A DNA stretch of 64,000 nt from Puia sp. (GCA_035541355.1 DATKNN010000013.1:80922-144921), one strand, 5' to 3'. Shown: positions 49,780 through 60,006, counted from the stretch's first letter. A program made the numbers and translations. Notes: generated by a model from the sequence alone, not told the origin.

Positions 49780-50394
49780 TTATATCCGCCTGAAACTGCA
49801 GAATAAAAAATGCTGAATGGTATTAAAAGGTGTTTTATGATCTTGTGTGATGCAATTAATTTTTTCAAAACCGTTTTGTAATTTCCCTGATAAAGTTTCT
49901 TCACTGTATTGCATAACATCCAGGCCACTGCATTTTTTGGGGCCTTTCTCACTGAATACGCCTATAATAACTGTTCCCCCTGTTTTAACCGCTTTTCTGG
50001 CAATCGACAGATATTTCCGGATTTGAGATGCTGTAGTTAGAAAATGAAATGCTGCACGGTCATGCCAGATATCATAAACAGCAGCCGGTTCAAATTCAGT
50101 AATATCACTAACCACCCATGTAACCTTTTCTGATTTAATCCCCAGTCTTTTTTGAGCCCTTTTCAAAGCCTCTTCACTGATATCAAGCACGGTAATATCT
50201 TCAAACTTTTCATCAATTAAAAAATCAACCAATTTACTGTCGCCACCGCCAATATCAATAATCTTTGCTTTTTTATCAGGATGAGCAGCATGAACAAAAT
50301 CCAGCGAAATCTGTGGCATATCCTGTGTCCAGCTCATTTCACTCGACTGTTTGCTGCTGTATATTTTTTCCCAATGAAATTTTGACTGTTCCAT
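49780..50394 (-). CDS. Class I SAM-dependent methyltransferase
   Basis: HWEKIY...SWTQ, IIDIGGGDS, VLDISE and WHDRAAFHFL motifs. Confidence 0.92.
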   Translation of the reverse strand: MEQSKFHWEKIYSSKQSSEMSWTQDMPQISLDFVHAAHPDKKAKIIDIGGGDSKLVDFLIDEKFEDITVLDISEEALKRAQKRLGIKSEKVTWVVSDITEFEPAAVYDIWHDRAAFHFLTTASQIRKYLSIARKAVKTGGTVIIGVFSEKGPKKCSGLDVMQYSEETLSGKLQNGFEKINCITQDHKTPFNTIQHFLFCSFRRI

Positions 50395-50659
50395 ATTTAT
50401 AAATCAAAATTATGAATTGCCTGTAAAAAATGCCTGCTTCATCATAACCTGATAAAAAATTCTTGGGATGAATATCTGGGCTTTTGAAAGAAAGGTAAAA
50501 TATTTTTGCCCAGCATTCAGTTGCTATCAGTTTGTTATACGTCCGATTTCCGCTAACAGCAACCTAATGCAGAAAAAAAGTAACCAATTTGCAGATTATT
50601 CAGATTAATTAATTTCTTTTGCTCAAATCTTTTCATAAAACTGAACTGCCTGAACAAGG

Positions 50660-51979
50660 ATGACGATAAACCCGCTCAAGAAAAACAAAAAACTGCATGT
50701 GCTGACACTGGCTGCAGTTATTTTTTTTACCGTATCAGGCGGGCCATTCGGACTGGAACCTTTGCTGGGATATGCCGGTGAACATGGTATTTTCCTGTTG
50801 CTTATCATTACCCCTTTATTGTGGGATATACCGGCCATACTTACCATACTTGAATTGAACAGTATGATGCCGGTAACCGGGGGCTATTATCAATGGGTGA
50901 AGAGGGCATTAGGCCCGCGCTGGGGGTTTTATGAAGGATGGTGGACGTGGCTTTATACATTTGTTGACCTGGCCATATACCCTGTTTTATTTGTCGGATA
51001 TCTTTCTTTCTTCTTTCCGCAACTGGGCGACCTTCGCATTCCCGTATGCCTTGCAATTGTATGGTCGGGCGCAATACTAAACATACTGGGTATTTCACCG
51101 GTCGGAAAAACAACCATGCTGTTAAGTATATTCGTGATAATACCTTTCATCATTGCTTTTGTGCTCGCATTACAGAACCCGGCACACTTTACTTTTCCTG
51201 CACCATCTCTTAAAAATATTTCTTTTCCTGCGATGGGCATGGCATTATATACGGTAATGTGGAATTTTTTTGGGTGGGACAATGCCACCACTTACGCGGA
51301 AGAAGTGGACAAGCCGGTACGAAGTTACTTAAGATCAACGATGATTGCCTTTATTGCAGTAATGTGCATCTATGTTATCGTAGTATATACAACGCTTCGT
51401 TTTCATATTGATGCCGGCGAATTGAATAAAGACGGATTCCCTGCATTGGGTGTACTCGCGGGGGGCAAATGGCTGGGCAGCAGTATTGCCGTCGGCGGAA
51501 TGGCGGGCGCATTAGGGCTCTTCTCTTCCGTATTGTTGTCTATTTCACGTGTACCTGAAGTAATGGCGCAGGATGGTTTTCTGCCCCGTAAATTGCAGGC
51601 ATTGCACCCAAAATACAACACCCCTCATGTATCCATTATTGTTTGTGCGGCAGTCATCAGTTTTATGATACTTTGGTCTTTTGAAGAATTAATCATTATT
51701 GATGTTACATTATACGGCACCTCTCTTTTTCTTGAATTTGTAACATTAGTCGTGTTACGGATTAAAGCACCTCATGAGCAAAGGCCCTTTCGTGTTCCGC
51801 TACCGATATGGGGGTTGATGATTTTATATATTCTGCCGGTAGCCGTTTATGCTATTGCCCTTTCCGGGGCTTTATTATCTGAAGAACAGAAATTTTTGCC
51901 TGCAGTATTTGCCATCGGGGCATTGCTTAGTGCAGAGCTGGCATGGCAGGTGATGAAATGGAGAAAGAAAATTGTATAG
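50660..51979 (+). CDS. APC family amino acid / polyamine permease
   Basis: FFTVSGGPFGLE, GGYYQWV, WNFFGWDNA..YAEEV, RPFRVP; about 12 TMs. Confidence 0.92.
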   Translation: MTINPLKKNKKLHVLTLAAVIFFTVSGGPFGLEPLLGYAGEHGIFLLLIITPLLWDIPAILTILELNSMMPVTGGYYQWVKRALGPRWGFYEGWWTWLYTFVDLAIYPVLFVGYLSFFFPQLGDLRIPVCLAIVWSGAILNILGISPVGKTTMLLSIFVIIPFIIAFVLALQNPAHFTFPAPSLKNISFPAMGMALYTVMWNFFGWDNATTYAEEVDKPVRSYLRSTMIAFIAVMCIYVIVVYTTLRFHIDAGELNKDGFPALGVLAGGKWLGSSIAVGGMAGALGLFSSVLLSISRVPEVMAQDGFLPRKLQALHPKYNTPHVSIIVCAAVISFMILWSFEELIIIDVTLYGTSLFLEFVTLVVLRIKAPHEQRPFRVPLPIWGLMILYILPVAVYAIALSGALLSEEQKFLPAVFAIGALLSAELAWQVMKWRKKIV

Positions 51980-52140
51980 GCAATAATTTTCAACAAAGCA
52001 ACGCTATCCGGAACATAAAAATACATACTAAAATATCATTTTCTTTGTTTCAAACACATTGGCAATCCATAGCCTGCTTCACCAGTGAGTAATAATTTGT
52101 ATATTCAGATCGTTATAAAGCAATCATTCAACACTTAAAT

Positions 52141-52893
52141 ATGAAAATGCAAAAATCAGCAACATCCATTTTATTATTTTCCCTTCTTTTTATATTTTCC
52201 TGCAACAAAACAAACAACCCCAATTCGAATAATCTGAATAAAGTGAAGCTGTACATTGAAGATGCTACACAAACCGCTTATAATGAAATTGATACTTTTA
52301 CCCTTTCATATGATAACCAGGACCGTATTATAAGTTTAGAAAGCCCGATAATAAAACAAACATATACTTATGGTTCAGGCAATAGCTTTTCCATGGACCT
52401 CTATACTTATGGCGCCTGGAGCATACATGAAATTTTTTATCTCAACGGTTCGGCAATTGTCGACAGCACACTCCAATACAACAACACCAGCGACACCAGC
52501 AGCGAAGGTTATTTATTCAGCGGCACAACACTTCTTCAAAAGAAAGAATACATCTATTCCTCTTCAGCCGTACAAATCGATACACAAGATGATTATACTT
52601 ACGACAATAATGGAAACATGACTAAAGATGTTCAGTCAGATGGCAATGGAAATGTCGGTACTGTTATTACTTATACTTATACCGACAAGCCGCTTAACCC
52701 CCTGGTAACACCAAAATATTTTACGCTGCAATCTAAAAACCTGCCTGCAACACAAACGCAGGTTGATGGCTATGGCAACCCACTGCTCACGATTACCTAC
52801 TCCTATAATTTTGACAACCAGGGCAGGTTAATCAAAGACACGGAGACCTATGATAATGGTGATGTAGTGGTAAAATCTTACGTATATTATTAA
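52141..52893 (+). CDS. Hypothetical lipoprotein with YD-like beta-hairpin repeats (DUF4595-like)
   Basis: Lipobox IFSC; repeated YxYDxxGxxxK units (SYDNQDRI, YTYDNNGNMTK, YNFDNQGRLIK). Confidence 0.75.
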   Translation: MKMQKSATSILLFSLLFIFSCNKTNNPNSNNLNKVKLYIEDATQTAYNEIDTFTLSYDNQDRIISLESPIIKQTYTYGSGNSFSMDLYTYGAWSIHEIFYLNGSAIVDSTLQYNNTSDTSSEGYLFSGTTLLQKKEYIYSSSAVQIDTQDDYTYDNNGNMTKDVQSDGNGNVGTVITYTYTDKPLNPLVTPKYFTLQSKNLPATQTQVDGYGNPLLTITYSYNFDNQGRLIKDTETYDNGDVVVKSYVYY

Positions 52894-53526
52894 CAAGCGG
52901 AAGAGCTGAACTAAATACAGGTTCTTTATTATTCTAAATCTTGTACACAATTATTATGGCAGAATTGCTTTGCTATTGATTACAAACAGGCATTGTAACC
53001 GGAATTAATTTGCAGAACGTTGTTGAATGCTTTTGTTTTATCATTAGCGCAGTACGATTCTTCTTTTACATACTCTTTTACAGTTTAAATATTCCATTTC
53101 GGGCCTGTATTATTCCCTTTATCGGAAAGAAAAGCAGCCAAGAAACAAACAAGTCACTGATATTCAATTTTTATTTTTTTGGCAAGTAATTGGCAATTAT
53201 AATTAATGAAACCAACCTATATAAAACCAATAAGAATCCAACACTAGCGAAAAAACCGGTTTCAAAATCCTTCGAAATATCCAGTCAAAATCCAATATCT
53301 GCTGAACCTTTACGATCCGATCCTGGAAAACATTATCCAATCCGGCAAAACCATTTATTTAACCAAAAGTAAAAAATGCAAGAGCAGATGTGCGACAGTT
53401 TATTTTATTTATCGTAATGATAAGTTTATGGAATTTAATTTCCAATAAATACATTTGCTCTTCAGAAGTGATAAAACTTATTAATTCTGCTGAAACGACA
53501 ACAGAAAACCGTAATGGACAATTAAG

Positions 53527-53913
53527 TTATTTTAATCTTTCCAACACGCCTTTATTTTTAACGATGCTTTTATAGTCCCACTGAATTTTTTTTGACTTTT
53601 GAAGCATTGCTTTAAACTTTTCACATCAATTTCTTTGACATCGTTAAACCGGCATCTGCAGCTTTAAATTTACCCTCCTTCTGCAACGCTGGCTTTTCAG
53701 ACGTTTGGCCGCTCCAAAACAATAATCTTATGCAAGTCTTTAGTTTGCTGTAACCAACAACAGGGTTGCCTTTCAAAAACCAAACTGGATGTCCATGCCA
53801 TATTTTATTTTCAGCTTCAGGCAGGTTACGGCTTATTTCTTCAGCTAGCAGTTCACAAATTTCAGTATCAGCCCCTGATAACAATTCATTATAAGCCGGA
53901 ATTCCTTGGTAAC
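53527..53913 (-). pseudogene. DUF1801 (YdhG-like) gene with three apparent single-base deletions
   Basis: Stitching frames gives TKE/IPAYNELLSGADTEICELL...ENKIWHGHPVWF...RLLFWSG...KAADA/RFNDVKEIDVKSLKQ/WLQKSKKIQWDYKSIVKNKGVLERLK*, with shifts near 53902, 53651 and 53605. No clear ATG. Confidence 0.8.
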
Positions 53914-54204
53914 AGAAAATTTTTTTTCAGATACTTTTGCATAAAATTTAGTTTTAGCTTATACCTGGTTTTTTGTCCAATCCATTTCGTATCTGTCAGA
54001 AGCAAACACTGATTATATTTACCAACAATGATTGACATTAGCCTGGCTGCGACAGATGAATATATAATCATCATAAAATAAAAACTACCGTTTCACAATA
54101 AACAAGCTTCAATCAGTTTTCAAAGAGAGCCTAAAGTTGTTTTGATGTCCACTAATGATTTCACATATAACTCACGTTTATTCGCTAAATAAAATGTACA
54201 TGCA

Positions 54205-55389
54205 TTATCTGCCCAGCAGATGTACTTCCACCAAATCACCTTTTTTTAAATCGGTCTGATCTTCATCAAAAACAATGAGTCCATCTGCCAGTGCAAATGA
54301 AGACAATCGGTATGACTCCTGTGCACCCAGCGGCAACACTTTACCTTCAATAATTTTCGCTTTCAGAAAATGAGTGAGCCCTGCTTTTTTATTAATATTT
54401 TCAGCTAATGGCAAATGAAGAATATCATTTACTTTCTTTTTTGCGCAAACAGCATCCAATGCGGGAACAACATATTCGTAAAAACAGGTAAGTACGGAAG
54501 AAGGATTTCCCGGCAGCCCGAAAACCAGCTTGCTATCTTTTTTACCAAAATATAAAGGCTTGCCCGGTTTTTGTTTAATCCTGTGAAACTTTTGCTGAAT
54601 TCCACATGCATTACAAGCCTGAACAACAAAATCATAATCACCCACACTTACCCCTCCCGTTAATAAAATAACATCAGATGCATTTAGTGATGATTGCAAA
54701 ACATTTTGCAGAAGTTGCAGATCATCATCCACTATTGCTTTTTTCATCACGCCAATATGCTGCTGCTGCAAGGCTGCTTCCAGCATAATGCTATTGGACT
54801 CATAAACCTGTCCGTATTGTAATGTTTTACCTAACAACTGCAACTCTTTTCCTGTGGCAATAATATGCACAACCGGTTTGGGATATATCAACACTTCAGT
54901 GATGCCGATACTTGCTAAAAAACCAACTGCAGCCGGAGACAAATAAGAATCTTTTGCAATTGCAAGTTCATTTTGTTTTATATCTCCGCCTTTCGGCCTC
55001 ACATTGGTTCCTTTTGCCAATGTGTGGTCATTAATTAACAGGCGATTATGGATTATGCTGGCTTTTTCCTGCATTACTACGGTATCAGCATTATCAGGCA
55101 CAGGCGCCCCTGTAAAAATCCTGGCTGCCTGCTGCGGCTGCAACTGCCATTTCTGTCCATTACCTGCCTGCACCTCTCTGTCAACTTGCAATTCTTTATT
55201 TGATGCATAATCTTCAAACCGGAAAGCATAACCATCCATCGACGATTGAGGATAAGCCGGAATATCAACCGGGGAAAAAACATCTTCTGCAAGAATACAG
55301 TTTACCGCACTACCCAGGCTAATCTTCACAGGTAGCAATGGCTTTACATGGGTTTCAATAATATTTTTTGCTTCGCGAACTGAAATCAT
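54205..55389 (-). CDS. moeA: Molybdopterin molybdotransferase
   Basis: SSMDGYA, RIFTGAPVP, LTGGVSVGDYD, QKPGKP and GLPGNPSS motifs. Confidence 0.97.
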   Translation of the reverse strand: MISVREAKNIIETHVKPLLPVKISLGSAVNCILAEDVFSPVDIPAYPQSSMDGYAFRFEDYASNKELQVDREVQAGNGQKWQLQPQQAARIFTGAPVPDNADTVVMQEKASIIHNRLLINDHTLAKGTNVRPKGGDIKQNELAIAKDSYLSPAAVGFLASIGITEVLIYPKPVVHIIATGKELQLLGKTLQYGQVYESNSIMLEAALQQQHIGVMKKAIVDDDLQLLQNVLQSSLNASDVILLTGGVSVGDYDFVVQACNACGIQQKFHRIKQKPGKPLYFGKKDSKLVFGLPGNPSSVLTCFYEYVVPALDAVCAKKKVNDILHLPLAENINKKAGLTHFLKAKIIEGKVLPLGAQESYRLSSFALADGLIVFDEDQTDLKKGDLVEVHLLGR

Positions 55390-55461
55390 CTTGACTAATT
55401 AATAGTAGTCGGAAAAATTAATATCATTATATATTCAGGGCTTATCAATCAACACTACACG

Positions 55462-56454
55462 TCAGCCTCCGATATCTATCATGCTCCTGTTATGTATAAT
55501 TGAGTTATCAAGAAAAGATAGATTAGTCGACAACTGCCCACCTGTTGCCTCTGCTTTTTCAAAAACAGACTGATTGATTAAGGGCATAATATCTTCACCC
55601 ATCCTGAAGGGTGTAAGCAAATCAATTTCCTTTGATGAAAAAAGACAGTTGCGCATTTTTCCATCAGCAGTTAAACGTAGCCGGTTACACCCTGAACAGA
55701 AGGGGGCAGTCATAGTACTAATAACTGCAAAACTGCCGCGATAACCGGGTACCATATATTTTTTAGCCGTATCATGTACATCATCCTTTAGCTTTATAAA
55801 TGAATACTCACTTTCAATAATATCCAGCATCTCCTGCCAGCCAAGCACTTTGTTACTCGACCATTTATTACCATTGAAAGGCATGAATTCAATAAACCGC
55901 ACATGCACAGGCATATCTTTTGTAAGGGCAACAAAATGTTTAATCTCATTTTCGTTCAACCCTTTCATCACCACCATATTTATTTTAATATGAAAATTTT
56001 CATTGGCGAGATGTAAAATATTCTGCCATACTTTTCCAAAATCGTTGCGGCCGGTAATCAGTTCGAATTTATTTTCGTCCAAAGTATCCAGGCTGATGTT
56101 AAGAGAGCGTATCCCGGCTTGTTGCAGTAAATCAGCGAATTCATGGAGACGGATGCCGTTAGTAGTCAATGTCAATTCAACAGGTAATCCCGATAGTACA
56201 ATGATGATTTTATCAATATCTTTTCGCACAAGCGGTTCTCCGCCTGTAAGCCTTATTTTATTAACTCCTGCCTGGCAAAATATACCCGCGATCGCTTCTA
56301 TTTCATCCACAGTCATCCACCTTTTGTCTACAAACAAATGTTCATCTGCATCAGGCATACAATAAAAACATTTAAGGTTGCAATTATTGGTAAGCGATAT
56401 CCGGAGATAATTATGCCTTCTGCCAAATGAATCCGTAAGTTGCGTTTGCACCAT
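55462..56454 (-). CDS. moaA: GTP 3',8-cyclase
   Basis: YLRISLTNNCNLKCFYC radical-SAM motif, IRLTGGEPL, CSGCNRLRLTADG...CL second cluster, C-terminal IGG. Confidence 0.97.
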   Translation of the reverse strand: MVQTQLTDSFGRRHNYLRISLTNNCNLKCFYCMPDADEHLFVDKRWMTVDEIEAIAGIFCQAGVNKIRLTGGEPLVRKDIDKIIIVLSGLPVELTLTTNGIRLHEFADLLQQAGIRSLNISLDTLDENKFELITGRNDFGKVWQNILHLANENFHIKINMVVMKGLNENEIKHFVALTKDMPVHVRFIEFMPFNGNKWSSNKVLGWQEMLDIIESEYSFIKLKDDVHDTAKKYMVPGYRGSFAVISTMTAPFCSGCNRLRLTADGKMRNCLFSSKEIDLLTPFRMGEDIMPLINQSVFEKAEATGGQLSTNLSFLDNSIIHNRSMIDIGG

Positions 56455-56750
56455 TCCGTAAAGTTAAGCTATTAGATATGCAAGATCGGATTTTGATAAT
56501 GGTTAGTTTAGAATTCAGATGCCCGGTTGCCGCATTTGGTTACTGAACAACAGCAATATTTAGTATCTGACTTCGGCGATTGCTTTTACTGCCGTACTAC
56601 AGGTAAAATTTCGGGTTATAACAATTTTTAATTTATAAAATGGCTACTTATTTTAAATTATTTGCTTTTACGTTGGATACTAAAGTTACCATTGAATAGT
56701 ATGAATAGGCTTAATTTCATTTTTTAAACCAACAGGCTTAACTTGAATTA

Positions 56751-57320
56751 ATGAAAATCAGATTCCTGGCAAAAAAATATGGGCTGAATGTTTTATTCAT
56801 CAGTATTCTGTTATTATTGCTGCTTAACCCAAATGCAAAAGCATGGTTTTTGAATAAGCTGCTATATACCGGAGTATTTAATATAAGCACCAAAAAAAAT
56901 AAAGATACAGGCAAGCTTGCCCCTAATCTTATTTTTCAGAGCCAGGCAGGTGTGAGCTTGTTCACAGAGCAACTGAAAGGGAAAATTTTGTTTATTAATT
57001 TCTGGGCAACCTGGTGCCCGCCGTGCATGGCAGAAATGCCGACAATTAATGCCCTTCATGAAAAACTGAAAAATGATACAAACGTCATCTTTGTAATGGC
57101 AGATGTTGACCATCATCTTTTGAAATCATCCGAATTTATGAAGAACAGGGATTATGATTTGCCTGTTTATGTTATTGAAGGCAACATACCCCCGGAAATC
57201 ATGAACGGCAGTATCCCCACAACTATTATCATCAATCGCAAAGGTGAGCTGGTCAAAAAAATCGAAGGCCTTTCAAATTACAGCAGCGATTCTATGCTTG
57301 AATATTTGAAATCTCAGTAA
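56751..57320 (+). CDS. TlpA/ResA family thiol-disulfide oxidoreductase
   Basis: N-terminal TM anchor, INFWATWCPPC, IPTTIII. Confidence 0.92.
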   Translation: MKIRFLAKKYGLNVLFISILLLLLLNPNAKAWFLNKLLYTGVFNISTKKNKDTGKLAPNLIFQSQAGVSLFTEQLKGKILFINFWATWCPPCMAEMPTINALHEKLKNDTNVIFVMADVDHHLLKSSEFMKNRDYDLPVYVIEGNIPPEIMNGSIPTTIIINRKGELVKKIEGLSNYSSDSMLEYLKSQ

Positions 57321-57514
57321 AACAAAAATCTCTCCTGGTATTATATCATTCTGAATTGAAATTACCCTGACTGATTGCAGTTGGCTGGCGACCAGTTACA
57401 GAGTTGCTAATGACTACCCGGTTCACTGCTTTACCTGGCACCTGACCGGTAAATTTAAAAACAATATGCTATGAAGGTTTTATTCCGATCGGCAATTAAT
57501 TGTAATTTCATTGC

Positions 57515-58618
57515 ATGAGTTTTATTGAAGAACAGCGGGCATTGAGGCCTGATGAGAATAATAAACCTTCCAAAAAAAAGCCCATATTCCCGGTGCATGA
57601 CAATCTCCGGGCATATTTAAAAAAGCATGGCCGTGAAGTAAAGCTGCCCGTGGCATACAGGGATCTGATTCATTTCATCTCGTCGGTGCCATTACTGGAT
57701 AAAAACGGCAAGAGTACTTTATGGGAAACCGTAGTTTACGACATGCGTCATTGGGATTTTATACGTGAAGGCCTGATAAAGATTTACGCCATTTTAAAAA
57801 CAGAGGGCGATCTCACTTTCACCAAGCATCTCGATGTAGCGAGAATTGATTTCTGCAGTTTTGCCAATTCAAATCCTTTCCGCATTCGGATTGTAAACAA
57901 GTATAATGATAATTATGACCATTACTACATCAAGCTGGCCGATGCTTCGCGCATTTATGGATTGGAGCTTGAGCATTTGTTATCACCCAACAGGATCACC
58001 TATCTTACTCATAATAATACACTGGTAGAAGAGCATATTCCCGGCATTCCCGGTGATGCGTTCATCCAACATTATCTCAATGATGACATTAATAAAATCA
58101 GGCTGGCAAAAGAATTTGTAAAATTTAATGAACGATGTTTTGTGCGGCTGCTCGGCGATATGCGCTCTTATAATTTTGTTGTGGATATTACTCCTGATAT
58201 TGAAGATTTTCAATACCGCATACGGGCTATTGATTTTGACCAGCAGTCGTACGAAGGCAGAAAAAGTTTATACATGCCTCAATTTTTCAAAGAAAATTTT
58301 GCCTTTGTTGAATTGTGTATGCAGCACCTGAATAAAGATTCTATTGAACAATACCAGACAGAAGAAAGAACAATGATGGCCTTCCGCGTAGCATCGTCAA
58401 GGTTCCGGCTGATGGAATTGCTCAACATTATGGCCAAAGACAAGATCAGCAACCCGGAAAAACTGAACCAGTTGAAGACTGAACTGAGCGAATATTTTCA
58501 TGCTCCCATTTTTTTGAAATGCAAATCCATGGGCCAGTTGGTAAAAAGACAGCTAAAACAAACCCTGCAGAAAAATTTAGCCCTGATACAAAAGCATATC
58601 GGGAAGTTTGAGGATTAA
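57515..58618 (+). CDS. Hypothetical cytoplasmic protein with atypical kinase-like motifs
   Basis: 367-aa ORF; YYIK, LELEHLL, LVEEHIPG, GDMRSYN and RAIDFD occur in kinase order. Confidence 0.8.
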   Translation: MSFIEEQRALRPDENNKPSKKKPIFPVHDNLRAYLKKHGREVKLPVAYRDLIHFISSVPLLDKNGKSTLWETVVYDMRHWDFIREGLIKIYAILKTEGDLTFTKHLDVARIDFCSFANSNPFRIRIVNKYNDNYDHYYIKLADASRIYGLELEHLLSPNRITYLTHNNTLVEEHIPGIPGDAFIQHYLNDDINKIRLAKEFVKFNERCFVRLLGDMRSYNFVVDITPDIEDFQYRIRAIDFDQQSYEGRKSLYMPQFFKENFAFVELCMQHLNKDSIEQYQTEERTMMAFRVASSRFRLMELLNIMAKDKISNPEKLNQLKTELSEYFHAPIFLKCKSMGQLVKRQLKQTLQKNLALIQKHIGKFED

Positions 58619-58769
58619 GAAATGGTTTAGGCACGGAAAAAGTTTATGATAGGCAGATGCCGGATAATAATAGCATAAACGGATTACTAAACCCGCATAG
58701 GAGGTATCTCTGAAATTGCAAAAGATATTGTTACTGACCATGAAACCAAAGCTGAATAAAATTGTTTCA

Positions 58770-58796
58770 GCGCAAAAGTGCGACCCCAACGATGAC
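58770..58796. repeat. REP-like intergenic repeat, copy D (degenerate)
   Basis: GCGCAAAAGTGCGACCCCAACGATGAC shares GTGCGAC and CAACGATG with copy A, with a 1-nt insertion. Confidence 0.4.
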
Positions 58797-58938
58797 AATC
58801 AGAATTCCTGCAGTTTGCAGCATAATCAAAAAATTTAGTAGTTTCGTCCGCTTTTTCATGAAATGTTAATGACCTGCCTGCCATTGATAAATTCAAACTA
58901 ACTGTATATTTACAACCTAAAAACAAAGTATCAACAAC

Positions 58939-60006
58939 ATGAAAAAATACAGAGCCGGAGTATTGTTCGGCGAAGAACTGGAAGCATTGTACAACGATGC
59001 CAAAGACAATGAGTTTGCTCTGCCCGCAGTAAACTGCATCGGCAACAACAGCATTAATGCAGTGCTGGAAACTGCTGCCAAAGTAAACTCGCCGGTAATC
59101 ATTCAGTTCTCCAATGGCGGCGCACAATTTATTGCCGGCAAAGGAATGCCCAACGATAAATTGCAGGCCAACATTTCAGGAGGTGTTTCAGGAGCTTTAC
59201 ACGTTCACAATGTGGCGAAGCACTATGGTGTGGCGGTGGTATTACATACCGATCATGCTGCAAAAAAATGGCTTCCCTGGATAAGCGGGTTAATTGATGC
59301 CGGAGAACAATTTCACAAAGAAAAAGGCCAGCCATTATATAGCTCACACATGCTCGACCTTTCGGAAGAACCCATTGAGGAAAATATCCATATCTCTGTC
59401 GAGTTCTTTAAACGCATGGCACCATTAGGTATGGCTATTGAAATTGAACTGGGTGTTACCGGCGGAGAAGAAGACGGCGTAGACAATAGTGGGGTAGAAA
59501 ATGAAAAATTATATACACAACCTCAGCATGTGGCTTTTGCCTACGAACAGTTAAGCAAGGTTGGAAAACTGTTTAGTGTGGCCGCAGCATTTGGGAATGT
59601 GCATGGAGTGTACAGCCCAGGCAATGTGGAATTGAGGCCGGTCATTCTGCATAACAGCCAGGTGTATATTGAGAAAGAGCTGAAAACAAAATCAAAACCT
59701 GTATATTTTGTATTTCATGGCGGAAGCGGCTCCCCGCAACACCAGATACGCGAAGCCATCAGTTACGGGGCTATTAAAATGAATATTGATACAGATATGC
59801 AGTGGGCTTTCTGGGAAGGTGTGCTGAATTATTATACCAAGAACGAAGCTTATTTACACGGCCAGCTTGGAAACCCGGAAGGACCGGACAGGCCGAATAA
59901 AAAATATTATGACCCGCGTGCATGGTTGCGCAAAGGTGAAGAAAGCTTCATTAAGCGCCTCGAAGTCGCATTCGAAGATCTGAATTGTATTAACAGGAAT
60001 GCATAA
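58939..60006 (+). CDS. fbaA: Class II fructose-bisphosphate aldolase
   Basis: LHTDHA, SSHMLDLS, FGNVHGVY, FHGGSGS, KMNIDTD, YYDPRAW. Confidence 0.98.
   Translation: MKKYRAGVLFGEELEALYNDAKDNEFALPAVNCIGNNSINAVLETAAKVNSPVIIQFSNGGAQFIAGKGMPNDKLQANISGGVSGALHVHNVAKHYGVAVVLHTDHAAKKWLPWISGLIDAGEQFHKEKGQPLYSSHMLDLSEEPIEENIHISVEFFKRMAPLGMAIEIELGVTGGEEDGVDNSGVENEKLYTQPQHVAFAYEQLSKVGKLFSVAAAFGNVHGVYSPGNVELRPVILHNSQVYIEKELKTKSKPVYFVFHGGSGSPQHQIREAISYGAIKMNIDTDMQWAFWEGVLNYYTKNEAYLHGQLGNPEGPDRPNKKYYDPRAWLRKGEESFIKRLEVAFEDLNCINRNA

Noticed and set aside
52929-53180. Minus-strand frame with few stops (KKIKIEYQ*LVCFLAAFLSDKG...QDLE*) as a decayed secreted protein
   Set aside because: Three internal stops, no start codon and no recognisable family; compatible with chance in AT-rich DNA.
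53245-53247. Pyrrolysine or programmed read-through at the in-frame TAG
   Set aside because: No pyl genes or supporting structure are present, and TAG is used as an ordinary stop elsewhere in the window (e.g. flippase, ung).
56455-56750. Moco riboswitch upstream of moaA
   Set aside because: I could not find the conserved Moco RNA elements by eye. An Infernal search with the Rfam MOCO_RNA_motif model would settle it.
20071-58796. Repeat copies as a CRISPR array
   Set aside because: Copies are 9-21 kb apart, degenerate and in both orientations. No spacer periodicity and no cas genes.
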